Positions 47,557-57,000 of a stretch of DNA of 64,000 bases are shown here, in pieces. Below the pieces are notes generated by a model. That model worked only from the letters and a program-made list of their open reading frames with translations. It made no database searches and had not been told where the DNA came from. The DNA lies in NCBI GenBank assembly GCA_016930135.1, contig JAFGHM010000055.1, positions 6,335-70,334 on the forward strand, written 5' to 3'. The DNA is from Thermoplasmatota archaeon (GTDB lineage: Archaea; Thermoplasmatota; Thermoplasmata; UBA10834). The position numbers and the translations under genes are program-made. Position 1 is the first letter of the stretch, and every line of letters begins with the position of its first letter.

Positions 47557-48999
47557 TCAGGCTCGGTTTCTCTCTCTAGCCCTCTCTATCACGGTCTCCA
47601 GCTGCTTCGAGATGTCTCGCGATATGATCGTCTTCTTCGGTTCCTTCAGAATTCTCTTCGTTTCCTCCCTCGCCTTCCTTGCCAAAGCGCCAGGAGCAGC
47701 ATGCATAGACTCTTCATTCCAGACAGCCTCCGGATGACGAGTGGCAGAGAGCTCTTGCTTGAACCGTCTCATCGTGTGCTTTCTCGCAAGGAAGTTGCCA
47801 TCCATTGCCGATTCTCGCACAGTCTCGATTGCGATCGCGTCGTCATCGATATCGAACTCGCGGATTACTTCGCGGGCGACATCCCATATCCATGCGTCTA
47901 TGACTATCTGTTCTAAGGAAGCTCCGGCACCGAGATCCAGGCCACCGATCCCGGAGGACAGATCCGAAGGTACTTGAGCTTCGATGATCATGTGGTGCAC
48001 GCCTTCTCTCACGCTGCCGAGCAGTCCTGACATGTTCTCGACTCCGATGCTGGCGCACATAACTGGGAGGCCGTAGTAACGCCCCATCTGCCCAGCTGCT
48101 GTTCTTGTCAGTATGCCCTCGATCGCTCTATAGTCGATGACGCCAATTCTGAGGTCTGCCGGAGCGGAGTCGCTGCTGTAGATCCAAGGCGCCCCCTTCC
48201 TGGCGGTTTGCGTGATCACGAGGCTAGCCAGATTCTCAGCATTTGTCTGGGTAATCGTGCCAGCGATGGTAACCGGGGCTGTCAATCCCGCCATCGCTGC
48301 CGACATCGCGACAACCGGAACACCGGCTTCAGCAAAAGCCACCTGAGCCTCAGAAAGGCCAGCTTCGAAGATGAGCGGTGAAATCGGGCATTGGACTGAA
48401 GAGAGAATCGGTCTCCTTGCCAATTCTCTCTCACCTCCAGCTACGATGGCTGCCATCTCGATTTGATCCAGTGCTGCCTCCGCGCTCAGCGCTTCACCCT
48501 GGATGTGTTTGCTGGTGTATTGCAGGGATGTCGCCAATTGGGCGATCGATTTCAGTCCACTGTCTGCAAACTCCTGCGCTCCAACGAGCTCCCAGAAGTA
48601 ATCTATCTGTGGCAGGCTCTCAACAACAATCGCGCAGTCACGAAGGTCATCGCGTGTTGTGGCTCTCGTTGTACCCTCAACGAGGTCTCTGAGGTGTACC
48701 CCCTCTCCCCCTGTCGCGACAAACAGGTCTTTGTTTGAGGGAATCCTCATGTCCTTTGCATCGCCCCTGCCCGCTAAGAGTATTGACTTCGGGACCGATG
48801 CGAGCGCTTCTCTTACCATCTCCTCACGGATCAGAAGACGTTTTCCATCGTTTGATCTGGTGGCTCCAGCGGCCTCGAGCATCTCCGAGACGGACGCGCT
48901 CCGCATCTGTATTCCTACTTCTTCCAGCAATCTGATGGATGCATCGTGCACGCGTTTGATCTCTTCCGGGCGGAAGAAGGTCATTTGTCCTCTGGCCAT
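47557..48999 (-). CDS. Trimethylamine methyltransferase (MttB) superfamily protein, non-pyrrolysine
   Basis: VHDASIRLLEEVGI, YTSKH, CPISPL, GLTAPVTIAG...NAENLA, SLEQIVID; no in-frame TAG. Confidence 0.9.
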   Translation of the reverse strand: MARGQMTFFRPEEIKRVHDASIRLLEEVGIQMRSASVSEMLEAAGATRSNDGKRLLIREEMVREALASVPKSILLAGRGDAKDMRIPSNKDLFVATGGEGVHLRDLVEGTTRATTRDDLRDCAIVVESLPQIDYFWELVGAQEFADSGLKSIAQLATSLQYTSKHIQGEALSAEAALDQIEMAAIVAGGERELARRPILSSVQCPISPLIFEAGLSEAQVAFAEAGVPVVAMSAAMAGLTAPVTIAGTITQTNAENLASLVITQTARKGAPWIYSSDSAPADLRIGVIDYRAIEGILTRTAAGQMGRYYGLPVMCASIGVENMSGLLGSVREGVHHMIIEAQVPSDLSSGIGGLDLGAGASLEQIVIDAWIWDVAREVIREFDIDDDAIAIETVRESAMDGNFLARKHTMRRFKQELSATRHPEAVWNEESMHAAPGALARKAREETKRILKEPKKTIISRDISKQLETVIERARERNRA

Positions 49000-49209
49000 G
49001 CTCAAAACCTCATGTTGATGCGACCGGATTCAGGTTTCGCCATTCTCCTGATCGGCTCGGTGCCTTCCCTTGCCATATCCTCTCGAATCTGCACAAGAAC
49101 GGTCTCTTTGAGCATGGGTTCGGCAATTCCCCTCGCATCCGGGCGCAAAGAATCATCGGGTCGACTAGAAAGCCGATCAGTGTCGCCATGATCCTGATAT
49201 ATCCTCATC

Positions 49210-49842
49210 TTACCGCTTCCGATCCACGATTAGGGCGCAGACGTCTGCAATGACCTCTATCCACCTGACGGTATCAGACGACGGCATCTTACCGTTCCTC
49301 GGCTTGGATAGCTCGAGCCAGCCAATCAAGTCCCCCCCGCCGTCGTACATCCAAACGTCTATGTAGTCTCCTTCCATGAAATCTTCGGGAGATGCTCGCG
49401 GATAACCTAATGCAAGCGGCCTGTCGTACAAGTGCTTCTCATTTTCAGAGATTCCTTCGACCGGATCCAATTCGGAGATCCTGCCGATCTTCACAAACGG
49501 ATATCTGTCGTAGCTGACCATTTCTTCAGATGTATACTGCAGCTTTCGGAAGGCCATCTCAGTATTCCTGCTGTAGCCAAGGAGAACCTCGTACCTGTAC
49601 AAGCCATCCTTGGGGTTCTTGAGACCAATGGCAATTTCCTGGAAATCGAAGAGTCTGAAAATCGTCCTCGCCGCCTGCTCCAGTATCGACTTGACATCCC
49701 GCTTCTTATCTCTGGAGAGCTCTATGAGTCCCAGGATATTGTCGAGTATCTTCTCGAGATCGTTCTTTGGAACAGTGGAGAATCTGTTCTGCAGGTAGTT
49801 CTTGAACCCCCAATCTATCGGATCTTCTCTTCGGTTCGACAT
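49210..49842 (-). CDS. Stand-alone GAF-like domain protein
   Basis: ILEQAARTIFRLFDFQEIAIGL...DGLYRYEVLLG ... EGDYIDV...LIGWLEL...IEVIA; the GAF call is an inference. Confidence 0.75.
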   Translation of the reverse strand: MSNRREDPIDWGFKNYLQNRFSTVPKNDLEKILDNILGLIELSRDKKRDVKSILEQAARTIFRLFDFQEIAIGLKNPKDGLYRYEVLLGYSRNTEMAFRKLQYTSEEMVSYDRYPFVKIGRISELDPVEGISENEKHLYDRPLALGYPRASPEDFMEGDYIDVWMYDGGGDLIGWLELSKPRNGKMPSSDTVRWIEVIADVCALIVDRKR

Positions 49843-50021
49843 ATGGATTCACTGAATGCGCAGAACTTCTCGATACCTGTCTGGTGGAATGGGTTCCGGT
49901 CTATATCGGGTTGACGGCCAAATCGCCTTCCGGTTACTTGGGTCTTTCTTCCGAAGGCTCATTCTTTGTCTCGGAGAACATGATGGGAGGGAGAGGCGGT
50001 CCCGCCTCTGGAGGATTGGTG

Positions 50022-50336
50022 ATGTTCGATGTCTCGTTGATACTGAATGCAGTAACCGCAGTGAGCATTGCTGCGGGCGCACTCTTCGCAATCATCGAAC
50101 CGCGGGATGTCAGGAAGGACAGGCGACTGGGACTGGCATTGCAAGCCGGCATGCGTTGGACGACCGGAGAGTATGGGGACGCTTACAGTAGGCTCTGGCA
50201 AGCCGATGCGAGTGATGCCAAAGAACTGGAGAAGCTTGCGAGAATGCATGAAGAGGAAACGCCTCGACCACGGCCTTCGGCAGCCATCTGTCCCAGACGG
50301 ACGGAATATCGCTGTCATCGGTACGATTCCGCGTGA
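50022..50336 (+). pseudogene. Probable truncated membrane-anchored protein fragment
   Basis: GGAGG RBS, N-terminal TM (SLILNAVTAVSIAAGALFAII), then a low-quality tail. Confidence 0.35.
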
Positions 50337-50477
50337 CTCGGCTCAGCCTACCGGTGTCAGATCGGATTCTCAATTCAGTCCGCGCGAGGACCAGTGCCAT
50401 ATGCCCAAGATTCGATCAGCGGTAGACTCATGGCCATGATCTTGTCAGAACGCAAGACCCAAGGCGTCAAGAGTCCT

Positions 50478-53400
50478 CTAAGTCCTTTTCCCTCTGATGC
50501 GCAGGATGCCCAACAGGAGGGCCATCGTCAAGGCTGGAACCATCAGCATCGGAAACTCGGGTATTGCGGGCGTGGGCATGATGGCAACGATACCACCGAT
50601 AGGGGCCTGGCCAGTACACGTGTAGTTGCCATATGTGGTAGTGTCCGTCGATATGAAGGTGTAGCCGGTCTCAGTCACGACCCACATGTATCCCGTCGGG
50701 TCGATCCCCAACCCCACATAGATGGTGGCGTTGCCTGGAGCAGGCGTGGGGAGGTCGCCAAGGGCGCTCCAGGTCTGGCCACCATCCGAGGAGTATCTTA
50801 TGTCGCCTTTCTCGCACAATACGAACAACCTGTCATCCGATGCGCCTGGCCCTCCGGGGATGTAAGTCAACTGAGCATGGTTCGAAGTCGCTCCCGTCGG
50901 GTTTGTGAGAGATACGAAGTTGTTGCCGTTGTTCGAGTAGGAGAGACATGTGTTCGGCCCAGAACGAAGCGCATACATGGTTCCCCCCGAGTACACGAGA
51001 TCCGTGAAGTCATCCACTCCGCTCGCAGCGAGGGCTTGGTAGGTCCATTGCTTCCCGTTCTTGTGAGCATCCATCAGCCAGAAATACGAGCCATTCTGAG
51101 TGAGTAGCCAAGCTGCCGCATTCTGGTAGAAAGACATCGACACAGCTTCAGAGTAGGTCGCTGTGTCTATCGGGTTGGTCTGGCCGACCATCCACTCAGT
51201 GCTTTCTTCGGGAACCCAATAGTATGTCCTGCCCGTGTTCGTAACGATGAATATGTCGCCTCCCTGGTTGCCGATGCTCACAGCTATGTCAACTATCCGG
51301 TCTCCCGGCTCGAGAGCGGGAGTCCCGAGATAGCTCCAGGTGGAGCCATCGTTCGACATGTAGGTATTGCCTGAGGCATCGACGACCCAAGGATCCAGAA
51401 GGGACCCTGCCCACGCCCAATCGCTCCTCACACGCCAATCGGTGGTCTCGACGATCGCCGCAAACGACGTCGCCCCTCCGATGTTTGCAGATGTCACGCT
51501 CACCTCGATCTGTTGCGAATAGACCGCAGCTGCGATGGTCGCAGTGGCCGGCGTCCACACGCCTGAGCTGTAGCTCATCAGTTTCCGAGAGACCAACTCT
51601 CCGTTCACGCCGTTCATTTCCAACAGGTAATCCGCCCCGATGACCTTGGCGGATCTCTGAACGAGCTTACCAGTTGCATTCGACAAGTCGCTGTCTATGT
51701 AGATTCTCATCACATCCTCGCCGGTCTTTCTGTGCGGGATGAGAGGCCCTCCACCACCCTGGTATACGGGCTTGCCCCTCGTGGTCGGGACATAGGCGCC
51801 TTGGAAGGCTTGCCCCTGGACGCTGACGTAGAAGAACGCGAATGCAGTTGTGTTCACGGATCCTGCCGCAGTCATGTTGATGTTGGGGTTCGCTACGGCC
51901 TCGCTGTCGCCGTCTGACGCAGTATGACCTGCCCAGTCGCCAAACGCTCCGTCGATCTGGATTGATGGCGGTGGAGAGGAAACGTAGGCTCTGACCGGTT
52001 CACCTATCACGACGACGTCCGTGAAAGTCGAGGTCACGCGTGTCGAGCCCAAGCTTGCCGATACGAAGCTCTGCGGAGGCTCCGCCGAGGAATCCACGAC
52101 TACGTCGACGGTCCTGCTCTCTCCTGGGTATAGCGATATTCTAGGGATGGTCGAAGCCAGGTCGGCACCGACAACAACAGGCCTTATGCTCTCGACGGTC
52201 CCTGATGTGCCTTGACAGGTGAGTACCAGTCTGGCAAGGGAGACGCTGGAAGCCGAGGGGATCAGGCCCGTCTGAGCGTCCACTCCTGGTCCCGGTTCCA
52301 GTTCGATCACCAGAGCGCCTCCCTTCTCAGGGACAGAGTAGCTGATCGATGATGACTGGTTCAGCAGGTTGTCCTGCGCGAGAAGGAAGAACCTGAAGTT
52401 GCTGGTGACAGTGACCGGCAGTCTCGCCTGTGCTTCCATTCTCTCTGCATCGATGGCAACCGAAAGGGAATCGATACTGTTCCAGCCGGTCCAGTTGAGT
52501 TGATCGTCTGCCGAATCAAATCGCATCAAGGAGGCGGACTCCACCTTGTGATCCCATCCGTGGATCTCGAGCAGGTAGTCCGCGCCTATGCTGGAGACCG
52601 AATACCCAGAATCGGGACTGCCATCGGAGTCGACGAAGAGGAAGAAGCTGTCGACATTCGGAGTCCCCATGATGTCACTCTCCGTCTTGAGGTACAAATA
52701 GAGAATGTCCGAGTCGCTCCTGACCGCCCATTCCTCGACAGACACCTCAGAGAGGGCAGCAGGAGCTTGCATCCCGAACTTGGCCGCGTGCGCCCACTCC
52801 TCGAAATCCCCGTCGATCGTCGTCTCATTCCCGTTCCAATAGGAGAGGTAGATGAATGCGGGAACGACGACCGCGAGAGCGACGATGATGGCGAGGAGCT
52901 GCCATCTCCGAGTGGTCTTCCTCCTTCCTGAACCGGAAGCGGTGACGCTATCCTCGATCCCCGTTCCGTCTGACATGCCGGTACCGTTCACGAGTCCGGT
53001 GCCAATAGTTGCTCTTCTGCCGTTCGTGAGGCCGGTCGCGACGACTGTTCCACGGCCGTTGACAAGGCCCTGGGTGCTGGTCTTCGCGGCTGTCGGAATC
53101 ACCTTTTCCGTTCTCGGATACCGCACAGGAGGCTCTTCCGGCTCGGAAACCGGAGTCGGTTCAGGCGGAGGCTCAGGCTCGCGAGGAGGCGGCGCAACAG
53201 CCATGGGTTCTTCGGGCACGACGATCGGAGGTGGAGGTGCTGAGACGGGGGGCGCGGGCGGAGGCTGCTCGGAAGGGGTCTTCCTCGCCTCCGCTTTGCC
53301 CTTCAGCGGAACCCCGCATCTCGGGCACGTTGTCACACCAGAATCTACAGCGAATCCGCACATAGGACATGCGCTCTTGATTGGGGGAAGACTGGTGGTG

Positions 53401-53567
53401 GGAATGCCTTCCGCGAAGAACTTCCTAGCCAATCCTCTCGAGCTGACTTCGGTCGCGGTCTTTTCTGTAGTCGATTCCTTGACCACAGTACCGCACAGGG
53501 GGCACTTCGTTACCCCCGGAGGAATGACATTTCCACAGAGTATGCACTTGACGACCTTTGCATCCAC
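50478..53567 (-). CDS. Large membrane/surface protein: 2 zinc ribbons, Pro-rich linker, GxxNG repeats, TM, two DG.F..W domains, propeller, PEF-CTERM tail
   Basis: CILC/CPLC, CPMC/CPRC; RWQLLAIIVALAVVVPAF TM; IDGDFEEW, IDGAFGDW; AIPEFP + TM + RIRGKRT; paralog of 42413-46120. Confidence 0.9.
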   Translation of the reverse strand: MDAKVVKCILCGNVIPPGVTKCPLCGTVVKESTTEKTATEVSSRGLARKFFAEGIPTTSLPPIKSACPMCGFAVDSGVTTCPRCGVPLKGKAEARKTPSEQPPPAPPVSAPPPPIVVPEEPMAVAPPPREPEPPPEPTPVSEPEEPPVRYPRTEKVIPTAAKTSTQGLVNGRGTVVATGLTNGRRATIGTGLVNGTGMSDGTGIEDSVTASGSGRRKTTRRWQLLAIIVALAVVVPAFIYLSYWNGNETTIDGDFEEWAHAAKFGMQAPAALSEVSVEEWAVRSDSDILYLYLKTESDIMGTPNVDSFFLFVDSDGSPDSGYSVSSIGADYLLEIHGWDHKVESASLMRFDSADDQLNWTGWNSIDSLSVAIDAERMEAQARLPVTVTSNFRFFLLAQDNLLNQSSSISYSVPEKGGALVIELEPGPGVDAQTGLIPSASSVSLARLVLTCQGTSGTVESIRPVVVGADLASTIPRISLYPGESRTVDVVVDSSAEPPQSFVSASLGSTRVTSTFTDVVVIGEPVRAYVSSPPPSIQIDGAFGDWAGHTASDGDSEAVANPNINMTAAGSVNTTAFAFFYVSVQGQAFQGAYVPTTRGKPVYQGGGGPLIPHRKTGEDVMRIYIDSDLSNATGKLVQRSAKVIGADYLLEMNGVNGELVSRKLMSYSSGVWTPATATIAAAVYSQQIEVSVTSANIGGATSFAAIVETTDWRVRSDWAWAGSLLDPWVVDASGNTYMSNDGSTWSYLGTPALEPGDRIVDIAVSIGNQGGDIFIVTNTGRTYYWVPEESTEWMVGQTNPIDTATYSEAVSMSFYQNAAAWLLTQNGSYFWLMDAHKNGKQWTYQALAASGVDDFTDLVYSGGTMYALRSGPNTCLSYSNNGNNFVSLTNPTGATSNHAQLTYIPGGPGASDDRLFVLCEKGDIRYSSDGGQTWSALGDLPTPAPGNATIYVGLGIDPTGYMWVVTETGYTFISTDTTTYGNYTCTGQAPIGGIVAIMPTPAIPEFPMLMVPALTMALLLGILRIRGKRT

Positions 53568-54021
53568 TAGCTCTCAACACCTCGGGTGATACTGTGCGCA
53601 TTCCATCGTCCAATTGCAGGTCTTGATCTCGACTGTTTGCATGCGCACCGATTATTACTATTCACTAGGGATGTATATATATACTGTTGCAGGTGTCGAA
53701 GAAGACATCGCAGAAAGCGGGGTGGAGTACCCCGGACCGACAGCCTCGATCCCCACAACGACCAGAGGGCCAGCATGCGTGGAAGGGAAGTAACTTCTTA
53801 TAGCGGCGATTTCTCCATCGTTTATGAGGCGCCAGGGTCCATCTATTTCAAATCGATTGAGGATGGTGGTCCAGGATGGCTGCTGGGCTACTTGAACCAA
53901 TAGGGATTTCTCGTATCGCATCCAGCATTGTTCAACCGCTAGCGCACTGCCTGAAGGGCATATTGAGCACCGGCAATGTCCGGATGAGAATCCGGGCCCC
54001 CTGATTGTTCATCTGCTCAGT

Positions 54022-57000
54022 TCATTTCGTGAATCGGTCGTCTGCGGTCTGCTCAGTCGCCTTCTGAGATGATTCGTGCACCCATGAGCGCCCAGAGGTC
54101 GTCCTGCGGTGGCTGTGGCTGTGCTCCTTGACCCATGCGTGGATGAGGACCTCAACCCCGGTGAAGTCCGTCTCTATGTCACCGCTCCAGACCATCAGCT
54201 TCTTCCTGTAGACCTTCTCGACGGTGTTGAGGAAATCCTTGAGGGTCTTCTCGATGCCTGTGGGGAGGTCGCCCCGATACACGACTGCGGTGAACACCTT
54301 CTGGCCCCTGCTCACGAGCACCTGGTACTCTTTGAACCCGAATATCTTGAGGGACTCGGCGCTCCTGGCCATGGAATCCTCGACGAAGTTCAGCACAGCG
54401 GTGAGCATACCGGACAATATGTTCTCGTCTATCTCGTTCTCTGTTCGGTGTGCGAGCCTGCTGATCAGGAACCCGTCGTTGTGGATCAGCATCATGTCAT
54501 GGACCACAAACGGCTTCTTGCGCCTGATGACAGCGTACGCCGAGAGGATGGCCGCAACACTCACTGAGGCGATGAGGCCCACCAACAGCAATGGCTCCTG
54601 GCGTTCGACGACGACGTTCTTCAGCACAGTGATGGTCACATTGTCAGTCCCCACGAGGTTATCCTGGTCGATCACCGTGACAGTCACCGTGATCGTCCTG
54701 GAAGCCTCTCCGTCTTCGAGAAAGCCGAGTGGGAAATCGAAGACTATGATCCCCCCATGCGTGCTGATGAAGTCGGGATAGAGGGAGTCGATGGTCCATC
54801 TGAAGTCGGTCAGAACCGAGTCCGGGTCCGTGACGTTCCTGTTCGCTTCGAGCAGCGACCTGGAGCCTTGAGTCACCGACAGGGAATCGGGCAGTCTCAG
54901 CACAGGCACGTCTGGAACGCTCACGACCGTGACGGGCACGGTGGTCTCCACGAGCGCGCCCTCTGGGTCCGTTGCCCTGAGGGTGAGGTTCGCGGAGCCG
55001 TACCAGTTCTCATCCGTACTGAAATGCACGGACCACTCTCCATCTGTGGACATGAGCTCCGCCCCGACATACGGCACTGACATGAAGCAGCTGAAGGTCA
55101 GAGGGTCGTTGTCCGTGTCCGTGAAGAAATCCTCAATGTGGCTGCTCACTGGGTAGTCCATGGGGTTGTCTTCGAGGAACGAGTGGCTCGGAGCGGCCAT
55201 CACGAGCTCGGGCGGGTAGTCGTCTGAGACCGTGACGTTTATAGTCCACCAGTCAAAGAGCAGGCCGTCGCTGACCGTGATATTCAATGGGACCTTCATG
55301 CCGTCCATGCTGCTGGGGAACTGCATGGACAACAGAGTCCCGAGAGTCCAAGCGTGCGGGTCATCGACGGTGACGACGAGCCCTCCCACGTCATTGTCCT
55401 GATCAGATATGTAGGGCCTCAGATCGAAGTTGTAGGTGAGATCATACCTCACGACCAGGTCCGGGACATCGGATATGGTCGGGGGTTGGTTGACCGAGAT
55501 CACCTTCATGCGGAGGGGGCTCTCGGCCCTCGCCCCTATCTCATCCTTCGCCGTGAATATGATGTACTCGTCTCCAGCCCAGTCAATGGGAGCGTAGAAG
55601 TCGACGGTATGGTTGGGCTGTATCAGCACCCCGACATGCGTGTTGCGGTTCGTGTAGTAGAGATTGGACCCGTCGGGATCCGTGAAGTAGTCGTCCAGAT
55701 CGAACACTCCTCGCTTCACCTCTCCCTGGAGCATCACCTGGTCCGGAAGTGAGCCCAAGGCCCTCGGCACCTGGTCGTCTGATATTGTGACCAGTATGAC
55801 AGTAGAGGCCGTATACTCTCCATCCGTCACGGACAGGAATACGGTCTGTTGTGTGCCATTGAACTGCTCAGGGTAGAGGATTGTGAGCCAGAGGTTCGAG
55901 ACATGGACATAGGGAGCGCTCACAGGGTCAACAGATACCGTCAGGTCGTCCTTGGGAGTGTCCACGTCCTTCACGTAGAACTCGAGGTTGTATTGGTACG
56001 GGTCGTCGTATCGCACGATCATCGGGTCGATGGGGTCGATCTTCGGCGGGTCGTTCACTGGGATGAGGTCGACTACGATGGCCCCCTTGGAACTCATCCG
56101 GTCCGAGTCCACCACCCAGAGGTCTAGAACGTTGATCCCGCACTTATCCTGTATCGTCGTGAACGTCACAATCGTTTCTCCAGTTCGGTTCTCACCCGTG
56201 ACCCTCACGAAGGTCTCGTTAGTCGTGTACCATCTGAGCTGGTCGAGGCTGTCCTCTTCGTCTGAGATGTAGGGGCTGATGTCCAGGGTCCACGAGCCCG
56301 AATCCTCCAGCTTCGTCTGGACCGGGATGTCTGAGGCGATGTCCGGAGGCAGCCTCGGGGGGGAGACGAGGATGAACAAGGACTTCGTCAGGCCGGCCGC
56401 ACTTGCCGTTAGGTATCCGGATGATTGCCAGGCCACGGTCGTCAGAGTGACTGTGCTTCCCGTCGTGGTGTTGATCGTGCCCAGCCCTGCGTCCGCGCTC
56501 CAAGTGATGGATGAACCCGATAGGGAGTTCCCGAACGAGTCGCAGACACTCGCATTGAAGACAGTGATCGAGTTCTCAGCCAGCCTCGTGACATCGGGCT
56601 CTATGCTGATGTAGCTAGCCGGCCCGGGGACGACAGTGATGCCCTGGCTCATCCCAGTCTCTCCACCACCGGTAACGAGCACCTTGATGGTCTCAGCGAC
56701 ATGGTATCTCTGGTCCGAGATCGTCAGCTGGCCGCCTGCCGGCACGTCAGCTTGCGTCACTGCCAGTTCCCCGGATGCACCCTCCATCCCCCAGGGATCT
56801 ACCGCGTGCAGCGTGACCGTGCCCGTCCACGTGGCCGTGTTGTTGTCCGAGTCCTTGGGCTCTATGTAGACCGAGAACGGCTCCCCGGCCTGCACCGTCT
56901 CTGGCGCTGACACATAGAAGAAGGCGTGGGAGATGCTGTACACCACCTCTATCGAATCTATCGATGGGGTGAAGGCGGCATCCGGTGTCCTCAATTCCGC

